The notes beneath the pieces were generated by a model. It was not told where the DNA came from and made no database searches. It saw nothing but the letters and a program-made list of their open reading frames with translations. From positions 29,169-93,168 of the forward strand of contig JAUWJD010000009.1 of assembly GCA_030607875.1 (NCBI GenBank): a stretch of DNA of 64,000 bases, written 5' to 3'. Positions 46,901 to 55,322 of this stretch are shown here, piece after piece; within the stretch, counting starts at the first letter, position 1, and each line of letters begins with the position of its first letter. The position numbers and the translations under genes are program-made. The stretch is from Chloroflexota bacterium (GTDB lineage: Bacteria > Chloroflexota > Anaerolineae > UBA2200).

Positions 46901-46970
46901 GGATGGTTCAGGTTGGATCACTGTCGAGGTCCAAGGCAAGAAGATCGCCACTGTGAAGTTAACGTTCTAG
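43953..46970 (+). CDS. Alpha-mannosidase, glycoside hydrolase family 38 (MngB-like)
   Basis: SHTHWDREWY, LDGQ, IGPWYVLPDEFLVSGE, PDPFGH, NGTDH, HPHDSICGCS, DHRLRVHF, LTLLRCVGWL. Confidence 0.94.
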   Translation: MARTCIIVSHTHWDREWYQPYQLFRLRLVRLMDRLLHILDENPNYAHFMLDGQTIILEDYLQIRPEREAALRHYVHQGRLQIGPWYVLPDEFLVSGEAMVRNLLFGERMAREFGAKMMVGYTPDPFGHISQLPQILRGFGIETTALRRGLDDQPAELLWQAPDGSTVLLCYLRDGYDNAARLPLHDEQALATEIVRLYNSLAPYAATDYVLLMNGTDHMEPSPESPQALAAASRRLPDMRLLHGTLPMYVNAVKESLQLSQGPTATTAPGILQTIQGELRSPKRHHLLPGVLSARMWIKQRNNRIQNLLEKWTEPFAALAALEGAGAHGLSNPDSAFAAVWQAWTYLLQNHPHDSICGCSADQTHREMVTRFDWAEQIAEEITQQSLASIANQINTQPQKSQTQAVRVPLVVFNPLTATRSDLVTTSTQLPGSLEEFVVADVAGQIKPHQVLARKGAEFATLQLGRDEVLGLATMIEMISTLGLSVQEIHITSEGEAATIDVTLAEHGHTDPALIAEAQRQIEAILAEDTVQTFHVRAHQATTVEFLFVAEGVPGCGYKTYFLVERPQQPTPGDDSVVATLVADPDSRTTQVVTTGQQAVPKDGSVVATLVADPDSKTTNGPESLHMENEFLAVDIHPQDGTLTILDKQTGATFSGLHRFVDGGDRGDEYNYCPAEGDETISAPASPPEITWLEQGPVRWTIQVSQCYHLPASLIKDRSGRSKELVEVPLTSQIHLGLGVPRLDFRTEVDNQARDHRLRVHFPTPVHAKYCEAESSFDVVQRPLGVPDDTADWVEQPVPTHPQKSFVDVNDGAIGLLVINRGLPEYEVLQEKDGSATVALTLLRCVGWLSRDDYPCRKGHAGPALETPEAQCLGHHVFEYALVPHAGTWQHAYPEAHAFNAPLRAVVTQQHDGSLPLTQSLICLQGDGLVLSAVKAAEAGDGLIVRFYNVNSELSVAHLQSHTPTQSATLVNLAEQELQPLSMDGSGWITVEVQGKKIATVKLTF
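45680..45808. repeat. GTAG-type REP palindrome plus a partial second copy, inside the GH38 reading frame
   Basis: 45680-45737 tgtagtggcgactttagtcgct...aacgactcaagtcgtcactaca; second copy from 45768 gtagtggcgaccttagtcgctgatcctgactcaaaaacgac. Confidence 0.85.
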
Positions 46971-46997
46971 GGCGTTGACAAACGGCAAGCAGACGCT

Positions 46998-49280
46998 ATG
47001 ACCCCACACGAGTTTGTCCAATATCTCAAAAGCAAACGAGACTATCGCCAGCAGATCGTCCACGTCGAGCACATCCCCGCCAGATCGGCGCGCTATGCCC
47101 GCTTGAAGCGGCCTCTGCCGGCAACACTGCAACAGGCTCTGCGTCAAACCGGAGCGGACAAGCTGTATGTTCACCAGGCACAAGCGATCAATGCCATCCG
47201 TGATGGACAGCACGTGATCGTGGCTACCTCCACGGCGAGTGGCAAGACTCTGGTCTACAATGTGCCCGTGCTAGAGTCCATTATGGCAGATTATAGGTCG
47301 CGCGTTTTCTATCTGTTTCCGACCAAAGCGTTGGCCCAGGATCAACTTCGGTCGTTGAGGCAACTCACCAAACATACGCTACGCAAGCTGCAGTTCGGAA
47401 CGTATGACGGAGACACGCCCCGGGGCGCTCGAAGGCGCTTGCGTCAGTCGGCATCCATCATCCTGACCAACCCTGACATGCTGCACCTGGGCATACTCCC
47501 CAATCACTCGCTGTGGTCCAGATTCATGGCCAACCTGAAATACATCGTGATTGACGAAGCCCACGTGTACCGGGGCATCTTCGGCTCACAGGTAGCCTGC
47601 ACGTTGCGGCGCTTGCTGCGCCTGTGTCGTTTCTATGGCAGCGATCCCCAATTTATCTTCTGTTCCGCTACCATCGCCAATCCAGCGGAACACGCCCAGC
47701 GTCTTTGCAGTATGCCTGCAGCGGTGGTTGATGAAGACGGTTCCCCGCAGGCAGCGCGGGACTTTGTACTGTGGAATCCCCCGTTTCTCGATGCCGCGTG
47801 CACTGCGCGGCGCAGTGCCAACGTCGAGGCCACAGCCCTCTTCGTGGAAATGATCCGTCATAGGATCCGCAACATCACCTTCACCAAGGCGCGCAAAGTG
47901 GCAGAACTGATCCTGCTCTACGCCCGAAACATCCTGGCGGAAGAAGCGCCTGAACTGATCCCTTTGATCAAATCCTACCGCGCTGGCTACCGCCCCGAAC
48001 TACGGCGGGACATCGAGCAGGCTCTGTTTTCGGGACGGATACTAGGCGTGACGGCTACCAGTGCGCTGGAGCTCGGGGTGGATGTGGGACATCTGGACGC
48101 GACAACGCTGGTAGGCTATCCAGGGACGATAGCCAGCACCTGGCAGCGGGCTGGCCGTGCTGGCCGAGGTGTGCGCGAGGCACTGAACATCCTGATTGGC
48201 CTGGACAATCCGCTCGATCAGTACTTCATGCGGCACCCCGATGCGCTGTTCGGTCGCAGCCCAGAGAATGCGCTCATCGCACCGGACAACATATACATCC
48301 TGCTCAAGCACCTGCCCTGCGCCGCCTATGAAAAACCGCTGTCCAACAAAGACGAGAAGCTGTTCGGCCCCGGCTTTGTAGACGCGATGGTGCAACTGGA
48401 GCGAGATTACACCTTGGAGTACCACAATGATCGCTGGTTCTTCCAGGGAATCGGCTACCCTGCCGAGAAGGTCAGCCTTCGCTCGGTCTCTGCAGGCAAA
48501 GTGGCCATTCTGGATGAGTCGCAGAACTATCGCTTGATGGAAGAACTGGAAGAGACGACAGCCCCGTTGCGCGTCTATCCGGGGGCCATTTATCTGCACC
48601 AAGGCGAGTCCTATCTCATCACACGCCTTGATCTGGATATGGGCATCGCTTACGCTTCGCCGGTGGACGTCGACTATTACACCGAGCCACGAGAAATAAA
48701 CGAGGTGAGTATCCTGCAGACTCGGCGGCGGAAGAGCATGCCCGCCGGTGAGGCGCATTTCGGCCAGCTTGACGTGACCCAACAGGTCATTGGCTACAGA
48801 CGGCTACAGCAGTTCAGCGACACCGTGCTTTCATTGGAGCCTCTGGACATGCCCACACAGTCCTTCAAGACCATGGGCTTGTGGTTTGACGTGCCGCCGG
48901 ACATCAACCGAGCTGTGGACAGGCACGGATTGGATTGGGCTGGAGGGCTCCACGCGGTCGAACATGCGGCCATCGGCATGCTGCCGCTGTTCGCCATGTG
49001 TGACCGGCTGGATATTGGCGGCCTTTCGACGCCCCTGCACCCAGATACAGGCCGTGCACAGGTATTCATCTACGACGCATTTCCTGGCGGTGTGGGCATC
49101 GCTGAGAAAGGATTCGAACTTCTCCTGGAGTTGTGGAGGGCAACCCTGACAGCCATCGAAGAGTGCCCATGCCAGGAAGGATGCCCGAGCTGCATCCAAT
49201 CTCCCAAGTGCGGCAATAACAACGAACCATTGGACAAACGCGCTGCAATCCTGATCCTGCAAGCACTGTTGGGGGAATGA
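46998..49280 (+). CDS. DEAD/DEAH-box helicase with DUF1998 (MrfA/SftH/Hrq1-like)
   Basis: TSTASGKT, PTKALAQDQ, DEAH, SAT, QRAGRAGR; C-terminal AMCDRLDIGG, YDAFPGGVG, CPCQEGCPSC. Confidence 0.93.
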   Translation: MTPHEFVQYLKSKRDYRQQIVHVEHIPARSARYARLKRPLPATLQQALRQTGADKLYVHQAQAINAIRDGQHVIVATSTASGKTLVYNVPVLESIMADYRSRVFYLFPTKALAQDQLRSLRQLTKHTLRKLQFGTYDGDTPRGARRRLRQSASIILTNPDMLHLGILPNHSLWSRFMANLKYIVIDEAHVYRGIFGSQVACTLRRLLRLCRFYGSDPQFIFCSATIANPAEHAQRLCSMPAAVVDEDGSPQAARDFVLWNPPFLDAACTARRSANVEATALFVEMIRHRIRNITFTKARKVAELILLYARNILAEEAPELIPLIKSYRAGYRPELRRDIEQALFSGRILGVTATSALELGVDVGHLDATTLVGYPGTIASTWQRAGRAGRGVREALNILIGLDNPLDQYFMRHPDALFGRSPENALIAPDNIYILLKHLPCAAYEKPLSNKDEKLFGPGFVDAMVQLERDYTLEYHNDRWFFQGIGYPAEKVSLRSVSAGKVAILDESQNYRLMEELEETTAPLRVYPGAIYLHQGESYLITRLDLDMGIAYASPVDVDYYTEPREINEVSILQTRRRKSMPAGEAHFGQLDVTQQVIGYRRLQQFSDTVLSLEPLDMPTQSFKTMGLWFDVPPDINRAVDRHGLDWAGGLHAVEHAAIGMLPLFAMCDRLDIGGLSTPLHPDTGRAQVFIYDAFPGGVGIAEKGFELLLELWRATLTAIEECPCQEGCPSCIQSPKCGNNNEPLDKRAAILILQALLGE

Positions 49281-49406
49281 CATTCAGGTGACACGCGCAA
49301 AGTGGTGTCTTGCAGCGACAGATATGACCAGAGCATAGAGGAGAAGCGAGGACAAACCTGGACCGGGTATCCAGCCAGTCTCAGCAGTGCCGGCAGTGTG
49401 CGTGCC

Positions 49407-49679
49407 TCAATGCGGTGACCTGAGCATTAGCTCAATCAGATCCTCCAGCGGCTTTTCTGTGTCGGGACGGCTCGCCGCCTGGGCGGAACACTCCTTGGCA
49501 TAGTGTTTCAGCAGAAACACACTGGCACTGTAGACAGCGCCACGAATCGAAGCGAGCTGGCTAATGATTTCGGCACAATCCCGCTCGTCCTCTATCATGC
49601 GCTGCACGCCCCGGGCCTGTCCTTCTATGCGCCGCAGCCGGGAAAGCATTTGCTGTTGTACATTTTCGGCGAAAGGCAT
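49407..49679 (-). CDS. CsoR/RcnR/CstR family repressor
   Basis: RLRRIEGQARGVQRMIEDERDCAEIISQLASIRGA...C. Confidence 0.92.
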   Translation of the reverse strand: MPFAENVQQQMLSRLRRIEGQARGVQRMIEDERDCAEIISQLASIRGAVYSASVFLLKHYAKECSAQAASRPDTEKPLEDLIELMLRSPH

Positions 49680-49730
49680 CCTTCAAACCTCACAATTGCT
49701 GAGAGCCACCGGCTCTCATCTGCGGATGCT

Positions 49731-49931
49731 TCAACCCCCTGTTGGCGCACACGAACTGTCGACAGTTGCCGCACCCCTCCCGGAACCGCTCCTGCCAAAA
49801 AGGGAAACGGCCTTGTCTACGTGGCGGCTACCACACCGCGGGCAGCAGATATCCTGCGTCGCCGACATAGAGCGAAGCCACTTTTCGAACTTTTCGCCGC
49901 ATTCACTACAGCGATACTCGTAGATTGGCAT
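49731..49931 (-). CDS. FmdB-family zinc-ribbon protein
   Basis: MPIYEYRCSECGEKFE...CPRCGS. Confidence 0.9.
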   Translation of the reverse strand: MPIYEYRCSECGEKFEKWLRSMSATQDICCPRCGSRHVDKAVSLFGRSGSGRGAATVDSSCAPTGG

Positions 49932-49980
49932 GTCTATACTCCAACATTCGTATTGCCTGGATAATCTGCGGATGAATCGC

Positions 49981-50319
49981 TTACGACGCACCGTCCAAGA
50001 TAGCGTCCAGCTTCTCCGCAATAGCTTGCTTCGGACGTGCACCAACCATGCGCTCGACTTCCTGGCCATCCTTAAAGATGATCATCGTCGGTATGCCCAT
50101 GATGCCATACTGGCCAGGTGTATTGCCATTCTCATCCGTGTTCAGCTTAGCCACCACTGCGCGTCCATCATAGTCGGCCGCCAACTCCTCGATAACGGGA
50201 GCAACCATAAGACAGGGACCACACCACGGAGCCCAGAAGTCGACCACAACAGGCAGCTCGGACTCCAGAACTTCCTTTTGAAACGTCTCATCGGTCACAT
50301 GCAATAACTCTTTGCTCAT
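49981..50319 (-). CDS. trxA: Thioredoxin
   Basis: VDFWAPWCGPC, GIPTM. Confidence 0.95.
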   Translation of the reverse strand: MSKELLHVTDETFQKEVLESELPVVVDFWAPWCGPCLMVAPVIEELAADYDGRAVVAKLNTDENGNTPGQYGIMGIPTMIIFKDGQEVERMVGARPKQAIAEKLDAILDGAS

Positions 50320-50340
50320 CGTTTTCTCCTTTTTGGTTCA

Positions 50341-50565
50341 TCAGTTTCTATTGAGGCGAATTGCCCCGAAGGGGCATGCTGTAACGCACAGATCGCAGCC
50401 ATAGCAACGGCTGGCATCGACAAATGGAGGCTCCCCAGGATCAAGTTGAATCAGTGCCTTGCTGCGGCAAACCGCCCTCGCCTCACACTTGACACAGCCC
50501 TGGCACAAGCCTACGTCAACGTAGGGCACAGCTTGCGTTTGCGCTTTGGCACTTTGAATGACCAT
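50341..50565 (-). CDS. Small 4Fe-4S ferredoxin
   Basis: CQGCVKC...C and CYGCDLCVTACP. Confidence 0.85.
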   Translation of the reverse strand: MVIQSAKAQTQAVPYVDVGLCQGCVKCEARAVCRSKALIQLDPGEPPFVDASRCYGCDLCVTACPFGAIRLNRN

Positions 50566-50599
50566 AGAGACTCCACATCGTTCACCAGATGCTCGTTAC

Positions 50600-50646
50600 T
50601 ATACCCCCCTACTGTATATTGTAGCACAGAAACCCCTCTTTGTCAA
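50600..50646 (-). promoter_or_regulatory. Sigma70 promoter with overlapping CsoR-type operator
   Basis: Minus strand TTGACA-17-TACAAT (50646-50618); operator TATACCCCCCTACTGTATA (50600-50618) is a C tract between TATAC/GTATA inverted repeats. Confidence 0.75.
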
Positions 50647-50752
50647 ATCGCGTTTGAGCGTGTGAAGGGCTGGGTGGTGCGAACCGACAGCTTCACCCTC
50701 CAGCAATGGAGGGTCAGCCTTGCCCTGAGTGCCCAGCAGAGCGACGCGCCAG

Positions 50753-53137
50753 TCATTCGCATAGCGTCTCCAGACCTCCAGAATGCCACAATTGGAAGCG
50801 CACTGTCCCCCTGAGAGTCTTGACATCACACGGGACCTTGCCCAGTTCCTGCAGCGATACCGCCAGGGCGCGTTTCCATTCTGCGTCCAACCAGGGTTTG
50901 ATGATTACCACTGAATTAGGGTCTGCGATGATTGCGTGGGCCGATTCAGGCAAGTTCGTATCGGTGACGGTCACCTGGACGAGTTGGGCAGGTGAGGAGG
51001 GAACAGAGTAAACCCGCTGCTGATTGTGCCGGATGCCATCAATAGACCAGGCAGGATCGGTAATGAAGACAAAAGTCTTGGCCCACTCCCCTTCCAGTTC
51101 CTGCGCGCGCATCGCAACCCGCAGGAAGAGCGTTTCCAGATTCTGGTAGCGTTCCATGCGATGCCTGGAAAGTGGATAGGCCTGGCACAGGTTATAGCCA
51201 AGCACTGTAATGAGCACCAGAGGGACAAAACCGACCGCACAGATCCGATTCCCGCAGACACGTCTGAGCTGTTGCTCGACCCAGGTCAAGCCAAGGGCGG
51301 CGAACAGAACGAAGAAGGGAAGCAGCAGAAACATCCTCGTAGTGGGGGGCCAGGACCCATCATGGGATGCTCCTAGCCCGAGGAGCAGCAGGAAAAAGCC
51401 CAGCACAAGGAAAGGGGCAAAGCGCGTCTTGCGAATCTCCTTCACAAGATAGGCCATGCCGACGACAAGCAGCGCGCCGCTCAAGGGATCGATGTACGAC
51501 ACAGCAACAAAGTGACTCTCATCTATGACATAGAGAAAAGACATCAAGGCATATATCCAATTCGTGGACACGTGCTCAACAATGCTGGTCACACTGCGCG
51601 TGATTCCAGGATTAACAAAGAGCGTTCCGGCTTCCTTGCTTTCCCAATAGCCAGGTTGGAGCAGGAGGGGGAATATGAGAAGAAGCATCGAGACAATCAG
51701 GAACGCCCAACGCCTGATGGCTGGTTTTGACCTCGGTGGGTCGTAGAGCAACAACAGCAGAAAGGGCAGCGGTACAGCCCACAAAGCAGCGGGATAGACG
51801 TAGAAGCAAGAGCCCGATGCCAGCCCCAGCACCACAAAGGCCAGCGGGCGCTTGCTCCTCAGGGCCCAGGCCGCAGCCCAGAGAGCCAGGGACATCACGA
51901 AAAGAGCCTGAGGATTGTTGTAGCCAATCTTGCTAAAGTCCATCAGATATTGCGAAGCAGCCAGGAAAAAGCAGGCCAGCAGCGCAACCCGGCGGGACAC
52001 AAACGTCTTGAAGAACAGAAAGTAGAATCCGATGGAAACGGCACTCAGGTAGATGCTGCTGAACCGCCAGCCAAAGTTGTTCGTGCCCAGCAACTTCATG
52101 GAAATCGCTTGGATCAAGGATGACAAGTAGGGATGGCCCCCGTAAACCTGCTGCCCATAGAATAAGCGTGAGCCGATGGTGGAAAGGCTCTGCTGGTCGG
52201 CAATGTGCCGAGCATAGTCGTAAAAGCTGTACTCATCTCCGACGATGGAAAACCACCACGCGTCCACGTTCAGTGTGTACAGGACCAGGGCCAATGATAT
52301 GATCCAGAAGACAGGTCCAAGCTCTCGGTAATGATAGCGCAGCAAGTTAAAGATCGCCAGGGCCAGCAGTAGGCCAGGTATCCACGCGGGGTTCCCAGTA
52401 GAAAAGGTCGCCGCCAGAAACACGATCAGGGCCACGTGCACCAGCAAAGCAGCCACAATCAGGTCCCAGTTCCGGCGGATGGCCGCTATCACTTCCTCGA
52501 CGGGTATCTCCCGCAGCGCCCATCCCACAACATAGGCCAACAAAGCCAGCGCAAGATCCCAGCCAGGCTGCCGGCCCTGGCTCGCTGCACGCACGACGAT
52601 GATCGCCAGGCTAGCGCCGGAAGCGATCAACACGATGCGACTGATGCCGAACTGGATTGGCGAAACACCTGCAGTGGCAGGAGCCGAGCTAGCAAAACTC
52701 AGATTCGAGAACACCCCCAGAGGCTTTAACTTATTGATCCACACCAAAAGGAACACACCAAAGAAACAAGCAAAGACCAAGAGGAAGTAGGGAGGAAAAC
52801 GCAAGCGGCAGATAAAGTCAATCTTGCACCACCACTGCTTTATCGATGGGGACGTTACGGGCTCTTCAAGCCAACGGTCTCGAAAGACCAACAACGAGGG
52901 AAATAGTGCCAGGAGAACGGTAACTCCAGTCAAGAAAGCTGGCTTGATTGACTCCTTCTGGGACTGCGAAGCAGACCCGTCACTGCGGTCACATTCAGCC
53001 TTCGTGGCTGCTGCTCGTCCCCCACACTCGTCAACCTGCTGCCGGAGGACATCGTATTTGCCCGGCGCTGCTTCGTCCGAGGAAGCAGAAAGTGAAGGGA
53101 GACAGAACTCTTCAGAAGACATCGCAGATCTCGACAT
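50753..53137 (-). CDS. GT-C fold membrane glycosyltransferase (PMT_2/GT39/ArnT-like)
   Basis: Many TM segments, GDEY acidic motif, HPYL, GWRFSS, ALLACFFLAAS; GAGGAG RBS before ATG 53137. Confidence 0.78.
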   Translation of the reverse strand: MSRSAMSSEEFCLPSLSASSDEAAPGKYDVLRQQVDECGGRAAATKAECDRSDGSASQSQKESIKPAFLTGVTVLLALFPSLLVFRDRWLEEPVTSPSIKQWWCKIDFICRLRFPPYFLLVFACFFGVFLLVWINKLKPLGVFSNLSFASSAPATAGVSPIQFGISRIVLIASGASLAIIVVRAASQGRQPGWDLALALLAYVVGWALREIPVEEVIAAIRRNWDLIVAALLVHVALIVFLAATFSTGNPAWIPGLLLALAIFNLLRYHYRELGPVFWIISLALVLYTLNVDAWWFSIVGDEYSFYDYARHIADQQSLSTIGSRLFYGQQVYGGHPYLSSLIQAISMKLLGTNNFGWRFSSIYLSAVSIGFYFLFFKTFVSRRVALLACFFLAASQYLMDFSKIGYNNPQALFVMSLALWAAAWALRSKRPLAFVVLGLASGSCFYVYPAALWAVPLPFLLLLLYDPPRSKPAIRRWAFLIVSMLLLIFPLLLQPGYWESKEAGTLFVNPGITRSVTSIVEHVSTNWIYALMSFLYVIDESHFVAVSYIDPLSGALLVVGMAYLVKEIRKTRFAPFLVLGFFLLLLGLGASHDGSWPPTTRMFLLLPFFVLFAALGLTWVEQQLRRVCGNRICAVGFVPLVLITVLGYNLCQAYPLSRHRMERYQNLETLFLRVAMRAQELEGEWAKTFVFITDPAWSIDGIRHNQQRVYSVPSSPAQLVQVTVTDTNLPESAHAIIADPNSVVIIKPWLDAEWKRALAVSLQELGKVPCDVKTLRGTVRFQLWHSGGLETLCE

Positions 53138-53311
53138 CCGATTCTCCTCAGCCGACAGTATATGGCAATATGGGCAGGAGGACAAGGCGAGGGTCTTGTA
53201 CACGCAGTATCGCGGTAACTGAAATGGGTTCGGCGGCAGCCTGCTCCGCATCTGTGCAGCACTGCGTTCTCGATCACAACGCCTAGAGTTCCCTCAGCAT
53301 CGCCGAGACCA

Positions 53312-53348
53312 GAAAATCAAGAAGCAGAACCGCTTGACGATTCTGCTT
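53312..53348 (-). terminator. Terminator after tRNA-Asn
   Basis: Minus strand aagcagaa-11 nt-ttctgctt followed by a T-rich tail. Confidence 0.6.
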
Positions 53349-53354
53349 GTTTGA

Positions 53355-53427
53355 CTCCTCGGGCAGGACTCGAACCTACAACCAGCCGGTTAACAGCCGG
53401 CTGCTCTACCAATTGAGCTACCGAGGA
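53355..53427 (-). tRNA. tRNA-Asn (GTT)
   Basis: TCCTCGG acceptor stem, D arm GCTCAATTGGTAGAGC, anticodon arm GCCGG-CTGTTAA-CCGGC, T arm GTAGG-TTCGAGT-CCTGC; followed by TCA, so CCA is not encoded. Confidence 0.97.
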
Positions 53428-53441
53428 ATAGCGACACACAG

Positions 53442-53470
53442 ATTATACGCCGGAGGGCGCTTCTTGTCAA
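53442..53470 (-). promoter_or_regulatory. Consensus sigma70 promoter of tRNA-Asn
   Basis: Minus strand TTGACA-17 bp-TATAAT. Confidence 0.85.
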
Positions 53471-53534
53471 ACTCAGTCGCCCCTGAAGGACAGCAGACGG
53501 CGACACTTGGTGCTGCAACCAAGGTATGCTAAAC

Positions 53535-53651
53535 TACACAGTACTGCGCCGAAGGTCGCTAAACTCGAACAGCACTTTCATATCGTTCATCCCGCTTGAC
53601 GGGACGATGATTCGGTGAAATGCGTTTAGCAATCCATGCACGAAGCAGTAG
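53535..53651 (+). mobile_element. MITE-like element, copy C
   Basis: TA|CACAGTACTGCGCCGAAGGTCGCTAAAC ... GTTTAGCAATCCATGCACGAAGCAG|TA. Confidence 0.7.
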
Positions 53652-53675
53652 GCATCAATGCTGGAGACGGACGCA

Positions 53676-54560
53676 ATGCTGAGCATCGTGATCACTGCAT
53701 ACCGAGAAGAGAAAACCATCGGCCGGGCAATCGCGGCTTTTCTGGCGCAGAATTCGCCCCAAGATCACGAGTTTTTGGTGGTCTGCCCGGACGACGAAAC
53801 GGCAGCCATCGTGGCACAGTACGCCGCACAGGACAAGCGCATTCGCCACCTGCAGGATGAGGGAAGGGGCAAGCCTGCTGCGCTGAATCTGGCTCTGGAA
53901 GCAGCACAAGGCCAAATCGTCATGCTGAGCGACGGCGACGTCTACGTTGGGCCAGGTGCTGTCCGTGCGCTCCTGGCCGCATTCGATGACCCGGACGTCG
54001 GTATCGTCAGCGGACGCCCTGTATCCATCAGTCCACGCGACACCATGCTGGGCTACTGGTCTCACCTGCTGGTGGATGCCGGCGCACACCGGCAGAGGAC
54101 GCGGAGGGCCAGACGTGGGGAATTTCTGGAATGCTCTGGATACCTGTATGCCTTCCGCCGTTCTCTGGCCAGCCCGATACCAGAAGACTCCCTGGCCGAA
54201 GACGGGCTGATCTCTCACATGGTCTGGAAGCAAGGATTCTGCACTGCCTACGCACCTGAAGCCGTGGTATATGTAAAATATCCGGCCTCCTACGAGGATT
54301 GGCTGAAGCAGAAGATCCGTACGGCGGGTGGGTACGCTCAGCAATACTTGCGCGGTTCGCGCGGCATGAAATCCCTGCGCAGCGAAGCCGCGCATGGGAC
54401 GATAGCCGCTGTCCAATACGCCCGTAGCCTGCGGGAACTGTGGTGGACGCTGCTGCTGTTTGCGGCCAGGCTACACGTGTGGCTTCGGGTTTGGTGGGAT
54501 GTGAAATGGCGTAAGAAGCCGTTTGCTCACGTCTGGCAGCGAATTGACAGCACAAAATAG
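53676..54560 (+). CDS. Glycosyltransferase family 2
   Basis: SIVITAYREE, GKPAALN, SDGD (DxD), LAED, QKIR. Confidence 0.9.
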   Translation: MLSIVITAYREEKTIGRAIAAFLAQNSPQDHEFLVVCPDDETAAIVAQYAAQDKRIRHLQDEGRGKPAALNLALEAAQGQIVMLSDGDVYVGPGAVRALLAAFDDPDVGIVSGRPVSISPRDTMLGYWSHLLVDAGAHRQRTRRARRGEFLECSGYLYAFRRSLASPIPEDSLAEDGLISHMVWKQGFCTAYAPEAVVYVKYPASYEDWLKQKIRTAGGYAQQYLRGSRGMKSLRSEAAHGTIAAVQYARSLRELWWTLLLFAARLHVWLRVWWDVKWRKKPFAHVWQRIDSTK

Positions 54561-54575
54561 CGCTGTGAGGAGTGA

Positions 54576-55322
54576 ATGAAGGCAATCCGTTGGACCGTCA
54601 TTACGGTACTCAAGATCCTGGCAAGACTCCTGCTGAAAGTAAAAGTGACAGGCCTGGAGCGTCTACCGCCCAATGGGCCGGTCATCCTGGCCATCAACCA
54701 CATCAACTCCATTGATGCCCTGTTGCTGAGGGCATTGCTGCCCCGTGACATCATAGGGTGGGGCAAAGCCGAGATCTGGGACAATCCCATCCTCAGGATC
54801 TTGGCCCAATCATTGAACACCATCCAGCTGCGGCGCGGCGAACTGGACATCGGGTCTGTGCGCCTGGCCTTGCAGGCATTGGGCGAAGGCAAGGTGCTGG
54901 GCATCGCACCAGAAGGCACGCGCAGTTGGCATGGGCGTCTGCAACAGGGCCACCCGGGCCTCGTTTTCCTCGCCCTGCGCACGCCTGATACATTCATCTT
55001 ACCGACGGTTCTCTACGGGCAAGAACGCTTCGGCAAGAACCTACCTCACTTGCGGCGTACGGAAGTCAAGGTGTTCTTTGGGCAGGGATTCTATCTAAAT
55101 CCGGGAGACGGCAGGATGACACGGAATATGCGCCAAGAGATGACAGACGAGATCATGGCGCAAATAGCTGCTTTGCTTCCTCCGGAGTATCGCGGGGTCT
55201 ACAGCAACCTGGCAGCAGCCAGCGAGCGCTACCTGCGCTTCCCACCAGGGGCAAGGAGCAACCTGCAACTGTCCCTGAGCGACGGGGCAAACTCGGCTAT
55301 AGGCGCGGAGGATAGCCTATGA
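54576..55322 (+). CDS. Lysophospholipid acyltransferase (PlsC family)
   Basis: NHINSID (HX4D), APEGTRS. Confidence 0.92.
   Translation: MKAIRWTVITVLKILARLLLKVKVTGLERLPPNGPVILAINHINSIDALLLRALLPRDIIGWGKAEIWDNPILRILAQSLNTIQLRRGELDIGSVRLALQALGEGKVLGIAPEGTRSWHGRLQQGHPGLVFLALRTPDTFILPTVLYGQERFGKNLPHLRRTEVKVFFGQGFYLNPGDGRMTRNMRQEMTDEIMAQIAALLPPEYRGVYSNLAAASERYLRFPPGARSNLQLSLSDGANSAIGAEDSL

Noticed and set aside
46998..49280. DUF1998 helicase as a DISARM/Druantia defence component
   Set aside because: Single-chain MrfA/SftH-type repair helicase; no methylase, DrmA/DrmD or other defence genes adjacent
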